From assembly GCA_002269645.1 (NCBI GenBank), contig NIVC01000392.1, positions 124,001 through 188,000 on the forward strand: a stretch of DNA of 64,000 nt, in the 5' to 3' direction. Made by a program: the position numbers and the translations under genes. Below, piece after piece: positions 60,101 to 64,000 of this stretch. Below the pieces are notes generated by a model. The model worked only from the letters and a program-made list of their open reading frames with translations, made no database searches and was not told where the DNA came from. How positions within the stretch are numbered: position 1 is the stretch's first letter; each line of letters begins with the position of its first letter. This DNA comes from Macrostomum lignano. Taxonomy: Eukaryota.

Positions 60101-63041
60101 ATTGACTGGCACTTTAAATCCAGATAATGAAACTTATCAAAACCTAACTTTTTTTAAAAAAGCGCCACTTCTAATCCTGAAGAATGACACTTTAAATTTT
60201 TATTGAAAAATGGCACTTTAAATCTTGAAAAATGGCACTTTAAATCTTGAAAAATGGCACTTTTAACCTTGAAAATGGTGCTTTTAATCTTGAAAAATGG
60301 CACTTTCAATCTTGAAAAATGGCACTTTTAATCTTGAAAAATGGCACTTTTAATTTTGAAAAATGGCACTTTTAATTTTGAAAAATGGCACTTTTAATCT
60401 TGAAAAATGGCACTTTCAATCTTGAAAAAGGGCACTTTTAATATTTATTTAAAAATGGCACTTTCAATCTTGAAAAATGGCACTTTCAATCTTGAAAAAT
60501 GGCACTTTCAATCTTGAAAAATGGCACTTTCAATCTTGAAAAATGGCACTTTTAATTTTGAAAAATGGCACTTTTAATCTTGAAAAATGGCACTTTCAAT
60601 CTTGAAAAAGGGCACTTTTAATCTTTATTTAAAAATGGCACTTTAAATCTTGAAAAATGGCACTTTTAACCTTGAAAATGGTGCTTTTAATCTTGAAAAA
60701 TGGCACTTTTAACCTTGAAAATGGCACTTTTAATCTTGAAAAATGGCGGTTTTAATCTTGAAAAAGAACTGGCTCACCTGGTATCCTAGTAGTGGCAAAC
60801 TGTCTCTCATACTGCCAGCTACACAGCGGCACCGTGTCATTCAGTAGAATCGGCGGCATCTCCTCCCGGCAGATGCGGCGCCAGAACTGCAGCATCGCCC
60901 AGGACACGTTTGCCGCCCTGGCAGCTTGAATCCGGGTTGGCCTGACGAATATCGCGTCCACTGCGTAATAGTTGGAGTTCACCATGATTGGGTCGCGGCT
61001 GTACAAGTAGACAAATTCTTCCCACCAATCGCTGACGTAGTTCGGAGCCCACCAGGATTTCAGGCGCAAATAGAATTGCAACTTCCTGGCAATGCCCGTG
61101 CTCTGCGGGTGTTGGTATAAACACCTCTATCTATCTACTTCTGTAGCTACCTTTAGCTACCTGTGTAGCTACCTCTATCTACTTCTGTAGCTACCTCTAG
61201 CTACCTGTGTAGCTACCTCTAGCTACCTGTGTAGCTACCTCTAGCTACCTGTGTAGCTACCTCTAGCTACCTGTGTAGCTACCTCTAGCTACCTGTGTAG
61301 CTACCTCTAGCTACCTGTGTAGCTACCTCCTTCCACCTGTGTAGCTACCTCTATCTACCTGTGCAGCTACCTCTATCTATCTGTGTAGCTACCTCAATCT
61401 ACCTGTGCAGCTACCTCCACCTGTGTAGCTACCTCTCTCTATCTACCTGTGTAGCTACCTCTCTCTATCTACCTGTGTAGCTACCTCTAGCTACCTGTGT
61501 AGCTACCTCTTATCTACCTGTGTAGCTACCTCTTATCTACCTGTGTAGCTACCTCTTATCTATCTGTGTAGCTACCTTTATCTACCTGTGTAGCTACCTC
61601 TATCTACCTGTGTAGCTACCTCTATCTACCTGTGCAGCTACCTCTATCTACCTGTGCAGCTACTTCTATCTACCTGTGCAGCTACCTCTATCTACCTGTG
61701 CAGCTACCTCTATCTACCTGTGCAGCTACCTCTATCTACCTGTGCAGCTACCTCTATCTACCTGTGCAGCTACCTCTATCTACCTGTGCAGCTACCTCTA
61801 TCTACTCGAGTAGGTTATGTACCCTTGTAGTAGCTACCTGTATCTGCTTGAGTAGTTACAATCTTGTACCCCCGTATTAGCTACCTATATATACTCTACC
61901 TACTTCTAAAGCTAACTCAGCCTATTTTGTGTCGCCTCATTTTACCTTTGTCCACCTCACCGCACTATCCGCTATTGTAGCCTGACTCACTCGGCCAAGA
62001 TTAAGAAAACCCACCTGAAATTCGGCAGCCAACCGTCGCATTTCAAGCATTTCCTCGTCGCCAAGCAGCGACTCCATGGAGACCAGATACCGGCGCACCG
62101 TGTCGCCAACGGACGGCAGCGGCAGACGGGGCAGCGAGTTTTGAAACGAAAACAAACCCGGCCGACGATTTCTTAACAGAGTTTTGGCCAGAACCGCCCA
62201 CACTTTGGTCGGTCGCGACACCCGACCTCGGGCTTCGTACATCCAACCGTGATAGGCTAGCATCTGGCCAATCAGCAGCTTATAGATCAGCACTACTAGT
62301 AGCCACAGTATGCAGGCTATTAGCGCGCAGGAGGCGTACGTGTCGTGAGGCGGCACCACGCCTAAGTAGCTGCATAGGGGTATCAAAAGGATTAAATACA
62401 AAACTATGAATAGGATTAGTGATGAAAGGTGCATGGAGTGCCAAGGTGGGAGACAGAGAAATAGGCTTGAGAAGGGCTGAGAGATGGAGGTAAGAGTAGT
62501 GTGGGAGGAGACAGAGAAGTAGGGTTGGGAAAGGCTAGGAGAGGGAGAGATAGTAGAGTGGAAGGGGGAGGCAGAGTAGGGTGAGAAAGTCTGACAGAGG
62601 GAAGTAGAAGTGGAGTGGGGGAGGGAAACAAAGTAGGGTTAGAGAGGCAGGGAAAAGACGTTACACCGAGACTACAAAGAGGCTTCATGATAGGCTCAGA
62701 GCATCCGCAGTAGAGAACTCTTAGTACAGAGAGTAAATAATGTGTAAACTGTTTGCCACTCACCGCACAAGCAACGGGTTGAGCTGTTTCACATAGCCAA
62801 ATGATAGATCGTTGCCAAACATAGTGGCAAAGATCATCACTAACATCATTGTTAGCAGGCTGCTCGGCTTAGCAGGATAAATTCCATTGCGCAGTCGGTT
62901 TTTAAACCTGGCGTACCACTTTTTATAGGCTCGAACTCCGGAAGCCCAGACGCGTAGCAGGGCGTCGTGATCGAATTCAAATTCGACGCCCTGGTCGGTG
63001 ATATTAAAAGCGAACACTACAGCTTGATGGGCCTCGGCCAT
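54195..63041 (-). CDS. CPT1: Carnitine O-palmitoyltransferase 1, paralog B, 767 aa; exons 63041-62764, 62369-62015, 61102-60778, 60068-59629, 59161-59136, 59048-58977, 58840-58456, 55788-55429, 54257-54195
   Basis: [10 protein letters not shown] start, two TM segments, [22 protein letters not shown], catalytic [18 protein letters not shown] and KLSTSQTP. Nine GT-AG exons join in frame (2304 nt). Confidence 0.95.
54430..55400. repeat. GATCT-based short-unit repeat (GATCTGAG/GATCTGG/GATCTGAC) filling CPT1-B intron 8
   Basis: Read directly; includes a duplicated block containing CTCAAGAACTAGGATCTGGAGTCTGAGGACCCATGAC. Confidence 0.95.
56225..57600. repeat. 25-bp minisatellite (TTACAGATTCACCAATTCATTAATC), ~55 copies, CPT1-B intron 7
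   Basis: Read directly. Confidence 0.97.
59318..59575. repeat. ~42-bp degenerate repeat (CCACTTCCGGTCTGAACT...) in CPT1-B intron 4
   Basis: ~6 copies at ~42-bp spacing. Confidence 0.85.
60110..60760. repeat. 22-bp minisatellite (AAAAATGGCACTTTTAATCTTG) filling CPT1-B intron 3
   Basis: Read directly. Confidence 0.95.
61125..61805. repeat. ~22-bp minisatellite (TAGCTACCTCTATCTACCTGTG) in CPT1-B intron 2
   Basis: Read directly. Confidence 0.94.
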
Positions 63042-63839
63042 GGTTTTGTTTCGATTAGCTGCAGCTGAGACAAACAGCAAAATCTATTTGATTATTAAAT
63101 AGCGAGCGAAGACTCTTTTATACAACCTTTACCCCTTCGGTCTCTCTGTCTGTAACCCCAAAGGCTGGTCAAAGGTTATTATCACAAACACAACTATTTT
63201 AGTAAAGATTTCCTCTGTGTACTATGAAACCTTCTAAAGATTGGGTTTCAGGCAAACTAGAAAACTTGCAGAAGTTGAATCCAGTTTAGGCTTTATAATA
63301 CAAAGTAACACCTAAACATAAGGTGGATCTAAGCGCGTCCTATAGGTGAATATGTTTACGAATTTTCTTATCTAAATTTGTCACTAGCAACGATAAGCGG
63401 ACATTCTCCAAGCCAGTATTTTTATAACCAAACCTTCAAGCTATTTTTATCAATGCAAAAAGATTGCTCCGCGCCAGAGGGCAGAGACAAGAAAACGACC
63501 TTTCGACTTAAACGATTGAAACTTTACCCCCCCCCCCCCGAGGGCAAAGTCTCATTGTAACCTTTTAAGCTTTCTGTTAAGTTATCAGATCATAAAATCG
63601 CTATATCGTAATCATATTTTAGAAAAATTATGAAAAACTACTGACAACTCAAGGTAGGAAAAGATAGTAAGGGACAAGTGAAAGACTGAATTTTACAGAA
63701 TAGTACCCAGAGACTGTCACCCAGTGTATACATTTCGGTCAAAAACACCAGCATTGAAACATAATGTTACTTTTAATTTGTCAAACACGACAGAACATCA
63801 TCGCAAAACAATGCACGACTAGACTATAACTACTCTAGT

Positions 63840-64000
63840 TACTGTCTGTGTCAGATTAACCTGACAACTAATCCAGTCTGTGTCAGATAAGCCTGACAGC
63901 TAATCAAGTCTGTATCAGATAAGCCTGACAGCTAATCCAGTCTGTATTCAGATAAGCCTGACAGCTAATCCAGTCTGTGTCAGATCAGCCTGACAACTAA
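63840..64000. repeat. ~32-bp tandem repeat (GTCAGATAAGCCTGACAGCTAATCCAGTCTGT), runs off the window end
   Basis: ~5 copies. Confidence 0.88.

Noticed and set aside
29768-62246. Plus-strand ORFs overlapping CPT1 exons (e.g. 29768-30340, 30899-31348, 58429-58866, 59692-60105)
   Set aside because: They are antisense shadows of GC3-rich exons.
29440-63041. Second CPT1 as a pure haplotype or assembly duplication
   Set aside because: The N-terminal exons, micro-exons, tails, intron positions and intron contents differ far too much; only the near-identical tracts still need read validation.
17078-64000. Tandem arrays as CRISPR-like loci
   Set aside because: Units are head-to-tail with no unique spacers, there are no cas genes, and the context is a spliced eukaryotic genome.

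Overview
This is repeat-rich animal genomic DNA with GC-rich exons, GT-AG introns and a different minisatellite in most introns. A lophotrochozoan or flatworm such as Macrostomum would fit, but that is inference only. All recognisable host genes are on the minus strand: an intronless class A GPCR (724-1755), an acidic repeat protein ending in a PP1-docking-like RSVTW motif (2646-~4748), a 3-exon peptide-type GPCR (21685-26212), and two tandem 9-exon carnitine palmitoyltransferase 1 paralogs (A 29440-43247, 776 aa; B 54195-63041, 767 aa) separated by a ~9.6-kb 42-bp satellite. Mobile DNA comprises a decayed Maverick/Polinton block (capsid, protease and integrase remnants, ~4.9-7.6 kb), a frameshifted piggyBac, a tRNA-derived CORE-type SINE, a LINE RNase H fragment, a possible hAT remnant and two unclassified dispersed repeats. 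The most notable signals are: (1) the CPT1 pair is a mosaic of near-identical catalytic exons and strongly diverged N-terminal exons, micro-exons and tail, with different intron positions and a KKXX-type tail only in copy A; (2) the Polinton fossil; (3) an array of perfect CRE palindromes in a GPCR intron. Exon models were built by hand from splice sites and frame continuity. No database search was run.
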